DNA of 64,000 nucleotides from Gemmatimonas sp. (lineage in GTDB: Bacteria; Gemmatimonadota; Gemmatimonadetes; Gemmatimonadales; Gemmatimonadaceae), in contig OZ257156.1 in the NCBI GenBank assembly GCA_965279375.1, forward strand, positions 4,576,001 to 4,640,000. Reading direction: 5' to 3'. Shown in pieces: positions 22,616 to 31,700 of the stretch (positions within the stretch are counted from its first letter, which is position 1; the number at the start of each line of letters is the position of its first letter). A program made the position numbers and the translations under genes. Under the pieces are notes generated by a model. The model made no database searches. It was not told the origin of the DNA and worked only from the letters and a program-made list of their open reading frames with translations.

Positions 22616-23401
22616 CTACTTCGCGCCCAACTCGCGAATCCAGATGTTGCGGAAGCTGATCGGCGGGCTGGGGTCGCCGTGCGCCTGCAGCAGGATCGGG
22701 AGTGCGCCGTGCTTGGCGTATGACGGCGCGCCGATGTAACGCGTGAAGCCTTTGAGCGCGACGTGATTCTGCACGAGCACGCCGTTGTGCATCGCAGTCA
22801 CGTAGGCTGGCGATTCGAGCGAGCCGTCGGCCTTGAAGCGAGGCGCGGTCCAGATGACGTCGTACGTCTGCCATTCGCCCGGTGCGCGCATCGCGTTGAC
22901 CAGCGGCGGCGTCTGCTTGTAGAGGCTCGCTGCCTGTCCGTTGACGTAGGTGGTGCTCTGGTACGAATCGAGAATCTGCAGCTCGTAGCCATCTTCGCCG
23001 GTGAAGCCGAGGTAGAGGCCACTGTTGCCGCGCTCCTGGCCACTGAACTTGAGACCGGCCGGCACGCGCCACTCGAGGTGAATCTGGTAGTCGCGGAAGC
23101 TGCGTTTGGTGAGCAGATCACCGGACTTCTTGTTCACCGTCAGGATGCCATTGGCGACGGTCCATCCAGCCTTGGACTTGTCGTTGGCATTTACCCACTC
23201 ATCCAGCGAGCGGCCGTCGAAGAGCACGATGGCATCGCTGGGAGCGGCGGCACTCGCTCCCGGCGCGACGACGCGGGGCACCGGCGTCCACACCTCGGTG
23301 TCCTTGGGATTGCCGACGGGTTGCTGTGCGGCAGCGACGGTGGCGTGCGCGGCGGTCAGGGACAGAAGCGCAGCGGAGAGAAGAACGCGGTTGCGGAGCA
23401 T
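22616..23401 (-). CDS. DUF1080 (3-keto-disaccharide hydrolase-like) exported protein
   Basis: Signal peptide; PSDAIVLFDG, GNSG, YELQILDS, GEWQTYD, LQAHG, FRNIWIREL. Confidence 0.88.
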   Translation of the reverse strand: MLRNRVLLSAALLSLTAAHATVAAAQQPVGNPKDTEVWTPVPRVVAPGASAAAPSDAIVLFDGRSLDEWVNANDKSKAGWTVANGILTVNKKSGDLLTKRSFRDYQIHLEWRVPAGLKFSGQERGNSGLYLGFTGEDGYELQILDSYQSTTYVNGQAASLYKQTPPLVNAMRAPGEWQTYDVIWTAPRFKADGSLESPAYVTAMHNGVLVQNHVALKGFTRYIGAPSYAKHGALPILLQAHGDPSPPISFRNIWIRELGAK

Positions 23402-23441
23402 AGCGGAGGGAGGGAGAGGAAGGAGCGGGAGCCAAACCGGC

Positions 23442-23954
23442 TCAATCGGGGACGCGCAGAACATCTTCGACTGCGCCGGCGTCGCCATCGCGCAGGAGGT
23501 ACATCGCATGCTGCACCGCGTCGTGCTCGCGCGGCCAGGCCAACACCCGAATCGCCGCAGAGGGGGTGCGCCACATCGAATCGTCGTGCTCGCTGCCGAG
23601 TCGGGCGACCGACGCCGGCGGGACCACGGCGACGAAGACGATGGCCATCTGGACGGTATCGTTCTGGTGCAGGTAGAACGGGTTCACGCTGAGGCTGTAG
23701 AGGTGCACGACCTCGAGCCCCGTCTCCTCGCGCACCTCGCGTCGAGCCGCGTCGGCAGGGCGTTCGCCGGGCTCGATGCTGCCGTGCACGATTTCCCAAG
23801 CGCCCGTGCAGCGAACGCCAGCGGCACGTTTGAGCGTCAGCACGCGCCAGCGGTCGCGTCGGGTTGGCACGGCCGGCGCCAGCACGACCACATCCACCAC
23901 GCCCACGTCGATGCGGGTGGTTCGCGAGAGCAGACGCTCTGAAGTCGGATTCAC
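23442..23954 (-). CDS. NUDIX hydrolase
   Basis: Nudix box GSIEPGERPADAARREVREETGL; SEH motif as in NudB-like enzymes. Confidence 0.88.
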   Translation of the reverse strand: MNPTSERLLSRTTRIDVGVVDVVVLAPAVPTRRDRWRVLTLKRAAGVRCTGAWEIVHGSIEPGERPADAARREVREETGLEVVHLYSLSVNPFYLHQNDTVQMAIVFVAVVPPASVARLGSEHDDSMWRTPSAAIRVLAWPREHDAVQHAMYLLRDGDAGAVEDVLRVPD

Positions 23955-24084
23955 CTACGACAGCCTCGAGCAGGTCATGAATGAATGCTAGGTCGTCGCT
24001 TGCCTCACAGCGAGCGCGACAGCGAAGTTCCCCTGTCTGAGTCCCCGCTGTTTCGCCCGCGTTGACATTCTCGCCCGATCGCCC

Positions 24085-25608
24085 GTGACGACCCTCGCCG
24101 AGTTCCGTACCGCCGCCACCGAGTGCCAATCGCAGGGAGGTCTCGTGCCCGTCTGGCGCGACTGCCTGCTCGATCAGTGCACGCCGGTGGCAGCCTACGC
24201 GAAGTTGCGGCGTGGACCGTTCGCATTTCTGCTGGAGTCGGCACCGGCGGGTGGCGAGACGTGGGCGCGCTACACGTATCTCGGCACGGAGCCGCGCGGG
24301 GCGTGGCGGCTGCGCGATGGCGTCGTGGAAGACTGGGCGGCGGAGCTGGGGTGGCATGCCGCGCGCACGCCGGCCGATCCGATCGCCGACCTGCGGGACA
24401 TCGTGCGCGACATGCGCCCGGTGGAGGCGGGATCGCTCGGTCCGTTCTGGAGCGGCGCGGTTGGCTTTTTCGCGTATGACGTGGTGCGCCATATCGAGGA
24501 TCTCCCGAACGCCCCGCCGCGCACGATGAACTATCCCGATGCGTGCTTCGTCTTCACGCGCGCGCTGGTGGTGATCGACAACTGGCGCGGACAGGCCCGC
24601 GTGATCGTGTCGGTGCCGGTGCCGGCAGGCGCAGAAGAGGCGACGCTGACCGCGCTGCATGCGGAGGCCACGCACACGCTCGAAGACACGATTGCTCGCC
24701 TGCAGGGCCCCGATGTGCTCTCACCGCTGACGATCGACACCAGCGCGCCGGCCGCGGTCGCGCAGTCGAACTACACGCGCGAGAAGTACATGCAGGACGT
24801 GGCGCGCATCAAGGAGTACATCGTCTCCGGCGATGCGTTTCAGGTCTTGCTGGCACGACGGCAACAGATCCCGCTCGACTTCGATCCGACGGACCTCTAT
24901 CGCGCGCTGCGTGCGCTCAATCCGTCGCCGTACATGTATCACCTCGTGCTCGACGGCCTCGAGCTCGTCGGGAGCTCGCCGGAGTTGCTGGTGCGCGTGG
25001 CCGACGGCACGCTGACCGTGCGCCCGATCGCCGGCACGCGTCCGCGCGGACGTACGGCGGACGAAGACGCGGCGCTCGCCGCCGAACTGTTGGCCGATGA
25101 GAAGGAACGCGCCGAGCATGTGATGCTGGTGGACTTGGGCCGCAACGACGTCGGGCGGCTCGCCAAGTACGGCACGGTACGCGTCACGGACCTCATGACC
25201 GTCGAGCGCTACTCACACGTGTTCCACATCGTCAGTCAGGTGGAAGGCGATCTGGCCGACGACACGAGCGCGCTCGATGCATTCCGTGCCGTGTTCCCAG
25301 CGGGCACGATGAGCGGGGCGCCCAAGGTGCGCGCGATGGAGATCATCGACGAGTTGGAGCCCGAGCGTCGCGGTGCCTACGCAGGTGCTATCGGGTTCAT
25401 CGGCGCGGGCGATACGCGCATGGATCTCGCGATCACCATTCGCACCTGCGTCATCGCTGATGGCGTCGCGTCGGTGCAGAGCGGTGGCGGCATCGTGCAC
25501 GACTCCATCCCGGAAATGGAGTGGGCCGAAACCGAGAACAAGGCACGCGCGATTCTCACCGCCATCGGTCGGGTGCGCGCCTCCACACCTCGGCGACAGC
25601 CGACGTAG
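24085..25608 (+). CDS. trpE: Anthranilate synthase component I
   Basis: LLES and NPSPYM (Trp feedback sites), PIAGTRPRG, EHVMLVDLGRND, GTMSGAPK. Confidence 0.9.
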   Translation: MTTLAEFRTAATECQSQGGLVPVWRDCLLDQCTPVAAYAKLRRGPFAFLLESAPAGGETWARYTYLGTEPRGAWRLRDGVVEDWAAELGWHAARTPADPIADLRDIVRDMRPVEAGSLGPFWSGAVGFFAYDVVRHIEDLPNAPPRTMNYPDACFVFTRALVVIDNWRGQARVIVSVPVPAGAEEATLTALHAEATHTLEDTIARLQGPDVLSPLTIDTSAPAAVAQSNYTREKYMQDVARIKEYIVSGDAFQVLLARRQQIPLDFDPTDLYRALRALNPSPYMYHLVLDGLELVGSSPELLVRVADGTLTVRPIAGTRPRGRTADEDAALAAELLADEKERAEHVMLVDLGRNDVGRLAKYGTVRVTDLMTVERYSHVFHIVSQVEGDLADDTSALDAFRAVFPAGTMSGAPKVRAMEIIDELEPERRGAYAGAIGFIGAGDTRMDLAITIRTCVIADGVASVQSGGGIVHDSIPEMEWAETENKARAILTAIGRVRASTPRRQPT

Positions 25609-25610
25609 CG

Positions 25611-27152
25611 ATGCCGCTCGTGCTCGTTTCGCCTGAAGGCGACCGTCGCTTCGCGCTTCCGCACGAGACCACGCAGGTGGCCGGGCGCGAGCTATCGTGT
25701 GCCCTGCCCATCCTCGACCCGCGCGTGTCGCGCCGACATGCAGAAGTGCGCGCGAGTGAGTCGTCCGTCGAGATCAAGGATCTGGGCTCGCGGAACGGCA
25801 CGTGGATCAACGGCGAGCGTGTGGACGAGGGTGTGGCGGCGCCGGGCGATGTCGTCGCGTTTGGTGGTGTCACGTTCCTCGTGGTGACGGCCGCCGAAGC
25901 GGCCACGCCGCGTGTGCCCTATCCGTCGTCCACCGCGTCGTCGCCCACGATCGTGCGTGAACGCTCCATGCCGCAGCGCGACCTCGCACTCACGGAAGTG
26001 AACGGCAAGCGACTCGCGCAACTCGTCTCCAGCGCCCAGCGACTCGGCGCCGTCACGAGCGTCGAGTCGATGTTGCAGACGATCGTGGACGACCTGTTCG
26101 TCACGTTCTCCGCCGATCGCGTGGCGGTGCTGCTGCCCGACGCCGGCGGTGAGCTCACGCCACGCATCGCGCGCGATCGACGTGGTGGCGATGTCGTGCG
26201 CGCCGTGCCACGAGGCATTGCTTCCGGCGTTGCCGAGCGTCAGGTCGCGCTGCTCACGCACGACGCGCGCGAAGATTCGCGAACGACTGGTGCCACGGTG
26301 CTACGACAGGCGGTACGCTCGGCGATGGCCGCTCCCTTGCTCGGCGACGGTGGCGTGACGTTGGGCGTGCTGTACGTCGACAACATGCACGACACGCACG
26401 CGTTCGAAGAGGCCGATCTCGACTATCTCGTGGCGTACGCGGGACTCGCCGCGGTCACCGCCGAGCGCGAGGTGACCGCTGGCAAGCTGCATCAGGCGCT
26501 GCAGGTGCGTGAGAATTTCGAGCGCTACTTCACGCCGCAACTCGCCGAACGCATTGCACTGGAAACGGGCAAGGTGACGCCCGGTGGAGAGCGTCGACTG
26601 GCCGTGGTGTTGTTCAGCGACATTCGCGGATTCACGGCGTTGGCGGAGTCGCTGCCCGCGATGCAGATGGCCGCGCAGCTCAACGAGTACTTTGAAGCGA
26701 TGGTGGATTGCGTGTTCCGGCACAACGGCGCGCTCGACAAGTTCATCGGCGATGCGCTGATGGCATACTGGGGCGCGCCCGATGCGTTTGCCGACGACTC
26801 CGACCGCGCGCTCGCGTCGGCGCTGGAGATGCAGCGCGAACTCGTGCGACTGAACGACCGCTGGCGGGCGAGCGGTCGCGCCACGCTCGACATCGGCATC
26901 GGGGTGCATCGCGGTGAAGCGTTCGTGGGGAACATCGGTTCGCCGCGCCGACTCGAGTACACGTTGATTGGCGACACCGTCAACCTCGCCAGCAGACTAT
27001 GTGCAAGCGCCGACCGCGGTGAGATCCTCGTCAGCGCCGAGGTGCGCGAGTCGCTGGTGCGCCCGCTGCCGATGCAACCGCATCCCGATATCGTGCCTGA
27101 ACGCCGCGCTGGTGCCCAGCTGCACGTCTGGTCGGTGGACGTCACCGCGTGA
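25611..27152 (+). CDS. FHA-GAF-class III adenylate cyclase
   Basis: FHA (GR...VSRRHA...DLGSRNGTWING), GAF (RSAMAAPL, GVLYVD), cyclase FSDIRGFT, DKFIGDALMA, EYTLIGDTVNLASRL. Confidence 0.9.
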   Translation: MPLVLVSPEGDRRFALPHETTQVAGRELSCALPILDPRVSRRHAEVRASESSVEIKDLGSRNGTWINGERVDEGVAAPGDVVAFGGVTFLVVTAAEAATPRVPYPSSTASSPTIVRERSMPQRDLALTEVNGKRLAQLVSSAQRLGAVTSVESMLQTIVDDLFVTFSADRVAVLLPDAGGELTPRIARDRRGGDVVRAVPRGIASGVAERQVALLTHDAREDSRTTGATVLRQAVRSAMAAPLLGDGGVTLGVLYVDNMHDTHAFEEADLDYLVAYAGLAAVTAEREVTAGKLHQALQVRENFERYFTPQLAERIALETGKVTPGGERRLAVVLFSDIRGFTALAESLPAMQMAAQLNEYFEAMVDCVFRHNGALDKFIGDALMAYWGAPDAFADDSDRALASALEMQRELVRLNDRWRASGRATLDIGIGVHRGEAFVGNIGSPRRLEYTLIGDTVNLASRLCASADRGEILVSAEVRESLVRPLPMQPHPDIVPERRAGAQLHVWSVDVTA

Positions 27153-27970
27153 GCGCACTGACGAGTATCCCGGGCGTCGAAATGCGCTCGCTCCCGACCG
27201 CCGACATCACCGGGATGCACGATGTCGTGGATACGCTCGCGCGCATCGTCGTTGACCATGGCACGCTCTATGACTGGGCAGCCGAGCGACCACAGCCGCG
27301 TGCACTGCGCGGACGTGCGCCGGTGTTTGTCGCAACGCTGCCTGATCGCGACGAGACGGTCGTGGTGCGACACTCCTGGCACGGCGGGTTACTGGCGCCA
27401 ATCACGAGCGATCTGTTTCGTGCACCGACGCGTGCCCCCATGGAGATGCTGCGCTCGCACATGCTGCAGCGTGTTGGAATCCCGACGTCGGACGTGATCG
27501 GCTTTGCGCGCTACTCGGCACTTCCGGGGTTCTACCGCGTGGATGTGGTCACGCGCTTCATTCCCGATGCGTACGACCTTGGTATGGTTGCCGCAGGGTT
27601 GGCACCGCAGATCGAGCGGGATGACGCTCTGGCTGCCACCAAAGCGCTGCTGGTGAAGCTGGCGGCACATGGCGTGAGCCATCCGGACCTCAACGTGAAG
27701 AATGTGCTGCTCCGGCAGGACAAGCGCGGTGCGGTCGAAGCCATCGTGATCGACGTGGACGTGGTGCAGTGGAATCCGACGCGCCCGCCGATCGAAACGA
27801 TGCGGGCCAACACGGCGCGTCTGATTCGATCCATGCGCAAATGGCGAACGCATTTTGGTTGCGATGTCGCCGAAACGCGCATGCAGGCTTTCGAGCAGGA
27901 TGCACTGGCTGCCACGCCACCACTGGCGTCGATGACCGTTTCCGACATGCATCGCGTGGCGGGTCCGTGA
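27149..27970 (+). CDS. Lipopolysaccharide kinase (Kdo/WaaP family)-like protein
   Basis: LRGRAP, VVRHSWHGG, HPDLNVKNVL, IDVD; coupled to the GT9 gene. Confidence 0.75.
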   Translation: MSALTSIPGVEMRSLPTADITGMHDVVDTLARIVVDHGTLYDWAAERPQPRALRGRAPVFVATLPDRDETVVVRHSWHGGLLAPITSDLFRAPTRAPMEMLRSHMLQRVGIPTSDVIGFARYSALPGFYRVDVVTRFIPDAYDLGMVAAGLAPQIERDDALAATKALLVKLAAHGVSHPDLNVKNVLLRQDKRGAVEAIVIDVDVVQWNPTRPPIETMRANTARLIRSMRKWRTHFGCDVAETRMQAFEQDALAATPPLASMTVSDMHRVAGP

Positions 27971-29073
27971 GTGGATCGGTGAGTGACAGAGTGAGCGATG
28001 CCATTCCCGCGCTATCCCGCGATGTGAAACACATCGGCATCGTGATGATGAGCGCCGTCGGTGATGCGGTGCACGTGATGCCGATCGTGCACGCGCTCAA
28101 GGCGCACGCGCCCAACGCGAAGATCACGTGGGTGCTGCAGCCGGGCCCCGCATCACTCGTGCGCGGGCATCCGCTGGTGGACGAGATCATCGTGTTCGAT
28201 CGTGCGCGAGGCTGGCGCGCCTTTCTCGACGTGCGAAGTGCGCTGCAGTCGCGTCCCTTTGATGTGGTGCTCGGGCTGCAGGTGTACTTCAAGGCCGGCC
28301 TCGTGACCGGCTTCACACAGTCGCCGATCAAGCTGGGCTTCGACAAAGCACGCGCGCGCGATGCCAACTGGCTGTTCACCACGCATCGCATTCCGCCGCA
28401 CGATGGCCAGCACGTGCAGGACCAGTACTTCGAGTTCCTCGATGCGTTACGGGTGCCGCACGGCACCCCAGCGTGGACGCTTGGCCCGTGCAACGATGAG
28501 GAGCGCGCGTGGCAACAAGATTTCGTGCGCGGTTTCGATCGCCCGATCGCTCCGATTGTCGTTGCCACCAGCAAACCGGAAAAGGACTGGATGCCCGAAC
28601 GCTGGGCGCAGGTCTGCCATCTCCTCTGGAACGAGTTTGGCCTGCAGCCGGTCCTCGTCGGCGGCCGGTCACCGCGAGAAGTGGCCGCCGAAGCGATCAT
28701 TCTGCGTGATGCGCCGATGGCGCATTCCGCGCTGGGAAGCGGGCTACGAAAGCTCTCCGCGATGTTGGACGCGGCAGCGGTCGCACTCTCTCCCGATACG
28801 GGACCGCTGCATCTCGCCGTCGCGTTGCGAACGCCAGTGATCTCCTTGCTCGGCTACACCAATCCCAAGCGGGTAGGCCCGTACGACTACGCGCTGGATC
28901 TGCGCATCGATGCGTACGGTGACCCGGGTGAGGACTATCCGATCGACATGGTCTATCGCCCGGACCGCATGCCGCGCATCACCGTGGACCACGTGCACGG
29001 TGCGCTGCGTCGTTGGCAGTCGCACTATGCCACGACGCGACTCGCCGATCTCGCGAAGCGATTTCCTCGCTAG
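27967..29073 (+). CDS. Glycosyltransferase family 9 (LPS heptosyltransferase-like)
   Basis: SAVGDAVH, HPLVDEII, KDWMPERW, DTGPLHLAVA; GTGA overlap. Confidence 0.9.
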   Translation: MSGSVSDRVSDAIPALSRDVKHIGIVMMSAVGDAVHVMPIVHALKAHAPNAKITWVLQPGPASLVRGHPLVDEIIVFDRARGWRAFLDVRSALQSRPFDVVLGLQVYFKAGLVTGFTQSPIKLGFDKARARDANWLFTTHRIPPHDGQHVQDQYFEFLDALRVPHGTPAWTLGPCNDEERAWQQDFVRGFDRPIAPIVVATSKPEKDWMPERWAQVCHLLWNEFGLQPVLVGGRSPREVAAEAIILRDAPMAHSALGSGLRKLSAMLDAAAVALSPDTGPLHLAVALRTPVISLLGYTNPKRVGPYDYALDLRIDAYGDPGEDYPIDMVYRPDRMPRITVDHVHGALRRWQSHYATTRLADLAKRFPR

Positions 29074-29714
29074 CGCGCGGGAGCGTGCTCGATCGGACCG
29101 TAGGCGTAGTGCAGTCCGTGATCGTGAAAGAGCTGGACCATACGGCCCAACGGCAGTCCCATGACGGCGAAGTAGTCTCCGTCGATTCGCTCGACGTTGG
29201 TGGCGCCGAATCCTTGAATGCCGTACGCGCCGGCCTTGTCCATCGGTTCGCCGGTGGCGACGTACGCGGCGATCCGCGCATCGTCGAGCGTACGAAACGT
29301 GACGGAGACCGACTCCACACCGGAAAGCGTGCGACCGCCGTGGCTCACCGCCACCGCAGTGAACACCGTGTGCGTGCGTCCGCTCAAACGGCGCAGCATC
29401 GCTACCGCATGCGCTGCATCCGCCGGCTTGCCGAGGATATCGCCATCGATCACGACGATCGTGTCCGACCCGATCACGACGGCCGTCGGGTCCGTCGCCG
29501 CCAGCGTTTCCGCTTTGGTGCGCGCCAGGCGTTCGCAGTGCGGCACGGGGGCCTCGTCCGGATGCACCGATTCATCCACGTCGGCCGGTTGCACTTCGTG
29601 CGGAATGCCCACGAGCGCAAGCAGCTCGCGGCGGCGTGGCGATTGGGAAGCCAGGATCACCCGAGGGCGGGCTCCCGACGCGTCGAGCGAGACGGCTGAG
29701 GTTGGGGTCGTCAT
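29070..29714 (-). CDS. maf: Maf-family nucleoside triphosphate pyrophosphatase
   Basis: ILASQSPRRRELL, GSDT, LGKP, DKAGAYGIQG, VMGLP. Confidence 0.95.
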   Translation of the reverse strand: MTTPTSAVSLDASGARPRVILASQSPRRRELLALVGIPHEVQPADVDESVHPDEAPVPHCERLARTKAETLAATDPTAVVIGSDTIVVIDGDILGKPADAAHAVAMLRRLSGRTHTVFTAVAVSHGGRTLSGVESVSVTFRTLDDARIAAYVATGEPMDKAGAYGIQGFGATNVERIDGDYFAVMGLPLGRMVQLFHDHGLHYAYGPIEHAPAR

Positions 29715-29794
29715 GTGCGATAAATTATCCGATGTCGACAGCGCACCGACAGGCATTCACGCCACAAACACCGCACGAGTTTTTGAGGTCGATC

Positions 29795-30976
29795 ATGTCC
29801 GATAGCGAGCACTTCGAAACCCTGGCCATTCGCACGCAGGCGCCGACCTCCCACGAACGGGAGCACTCGGTGCCGCTCTATCTGACATCGAGCTTTCGTT
29901 TCGATGACGCGGAGCATGCGCGCGCGCTGTTCACGGAAGAGGTGCAAGGCAACGTCTACAGCCGCTATTCGAATCCGAACACCGACGAGTTCGTGCGGAA
30001 GCTGTGCCTCCTGGAAGGTGCCGAGGACGGCATCGCGACGGCGTCCGGCATGGGCGCGGTGTTCACCGCACTCGCTTCGCGACTCTCGGCCGGTGACCAT
30101 GTGGTGTCGTCGCGCGCGCTGTTCGGATCCACGCACCAGATCTTCACGCGCATCCTGCCCAAGTGGGGCGTGACCTGCACCTATGTGGACGCCATCGATC
30201 AGGATGCGTGGTCACGCGCGGTCACGCCGGCAACCAAGCTCCTCTTCATCGAAACGCCGTCGAATCCCGGGCTCGAGCTGATCGATCTGGCGTGGCTTGG
30301 CGCATTCGCGAAGGAGCGTGGGCTGCTGTTGATGGTCGACAATTGCTTCGCGACGCCGTACCTGCAGCAGCCGATCAAGCATGGCGCCTCGATCGTGATT
30401 CATTCCGCGACCAAATACATCGACGGCCAGGGGCGCGTGCTGGGTGGTGTCATTGTGGGACCGAGCGCGCTGATCGCGGACGACCGCTTCTTCGCACGGC
30501 ACACCGGGCCTTCGATGAGTGCGTTTAACGCGTGGGTGCTGTCGAAGTCGCTGGAGACGTTGGCCGTGCGCATGGACCGGCACTGCAGCAATGCGTTGGC
30601 ACTGGCGCAGCATTTCGACGGTCATGCTGCGCTCGAGTCCGTCCGCTACCCGTTCCTGCCGTCGCATCCGCAGTACGAGCTCGCCCGCCGTCAGATGTCG
30701 CAGGGCGGCGGAATCGTCGTGCTCGTCGTGAAGGGCGGCATCGAGCGCGGGCGCCGCTTTCTCGACGCCGTCGAGATGTGCTCGCACTCGCCCAACCTGG
30801 GCGATACGCGGAGCATCGTCACGCATCCCGCCTCCACGACGCATAGCAAGCTCACCGGCGCGGAGCGCGCGGCGGTGGGGATCACCGACGGTCTCGTGCG
30901 GGTGAGCGTCGGCCTGGAACACATCGACGACATTATCGCCGACATCGAGCAGGCGCTCGACCGGTCGGCGAGCTGA
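29795..30976 (+). CDS. metZ: O-succinylhomoserine sulfhydrylase (trans-sulfuration PLP enzyme)
   Basis: YSRYSNP, ASGMGA, DNCFATP, HSATKYIDGQGR, NLGDTRSIVTHPASTTH. Confidence 0.88.
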   Translation: MSDSEHFETLAIRTQAPTSHEREHSVPLYLTSSFRFDDAEHARALFTEEVQGNVYSRYSNPNTDEFVRKLCLLEGAEDGIATASGMGAVFTALASRLSAGDHVVSSRALFGSTHQIFTRILPKWGVTCTYVDAIDQDAWSRAVTPATKLLFIETPSNPGLELIDLAWLGAFAKERGLLLMVDNCFATPYLQQPIKHGASIVIHSATKYIDGQGRVLGGVIVGPSALIADDRFFARHTGPSMSAFNAWVLSKSLETLAVRMDRHCSNALALAQHFDGHAALESVRYPFLPSHPQYELARRQMSQGGGIVVLVVKGGIERGRRFLDAVEMCSHSPNLGDTRSIVTHPASTTHSKLTGAERAAVGITDGLVRVSVGLEHIDDIIADIEQALDRSAS

Positions 30977-31028
30977 GCACCGACCTGACGAAACCCGGGG
31001 CCGGTTAGGGTTTGGCGCTGCTCTGGTG

Positions 31029-31044
31029 TTGGCATAGCGTGTGC
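31029..31044 (+). promoter_or_regulatory. Sigma54-like -24/-12 element (TTGGCATAGCGTGTGC)
   Basis: TGGCA with exact GG-N10-GC spacing in the metZ/dtd convergent intergenic region. Confidence 0.4.
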
Positions 31045-31157
31045 GAAGCTGCACACGCGAGTCCGACATCCGCGAACCTACCGGGAGCGTAGCACTCGGA
31101 ATACCGGACGCGGTTGCGGCGTCCTTCGAATCGTGACGGGGAACGGCCGAACGCGAA

Positions 31158-31652
31158 TCAGCCCTGACTGTCACGTGGCGCGACGTTTGCTGCGTCGCGC
31201 TCCAGCCAGAGTGTTACGGGACCGTCGTTGACGAGGTCAACTTCCATGGCAGCGCCGAACGAGCCGGTCTCCACCACGACGTTGTTCGCTCGCAGGAGTA
31301 TCAAGAAGTCGTTATATAGTTGAGCAGCAATCGCGGGAGGGGCGGCCGTCACGAAACTCGGCCGGCGCCCCTTGCGCGCATCGCCGTAGAGAGTGAACTG
31401 TGAAACCACCAACAGGGAACCGCCGTGTTCGGCGAGGTCGCGATTCATTCGACCTTCGTCATCCGGGAACAGTCGGAGACCGACGATCTTCTCCGCCATC
31501 CAGCGCAGCTCGGCGGCGCTATCTGTTGACGTGAAGCCCACCAAAACCACGTAACCCGGGCCTATGCGTCCGGAGACCCACGGCGACTCGCCAGGTGCCT
31601 CCGGCCTGATTCGCACTTCAGCCCTGCTGACCCGCTGGAGTAGAATTCGCAT
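31158..31652 (-). CDS. dtd: D-aminoacyl-tRNA deacylase
   Basis: MRILLQRV, LRLFPD, VSQFTL, GRRPSF, NDGPVT. Confidence 0.96.
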   Translation of the reverse strand: MRILLQRVSRAEVRIRPEAPGESPWVSGRIGPGYVVLVGFTSTDSAAELRWMAEKIVGLRLFPDDEGRMNRDLAEHGGSLLVVSQFTLYGDARKGRRPSFVTAAPPAIAAQLYNDFLILLRANNVVVETGSFGAAMEVDLVNDGPVTLWLERDAANVAPRDSQG

Positions 31653-31700
31653 GGCGCGATAGTTTCGCCGCCGACCCCCACCTGGGGAAGGGCGGCACCA

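Noticed and set aside
29715..29794. SAM riboswitch upstream of metZ (also checked before metB)
   Set aside because: The intergenic space is short and no SAM-I/II core sequence was recognised
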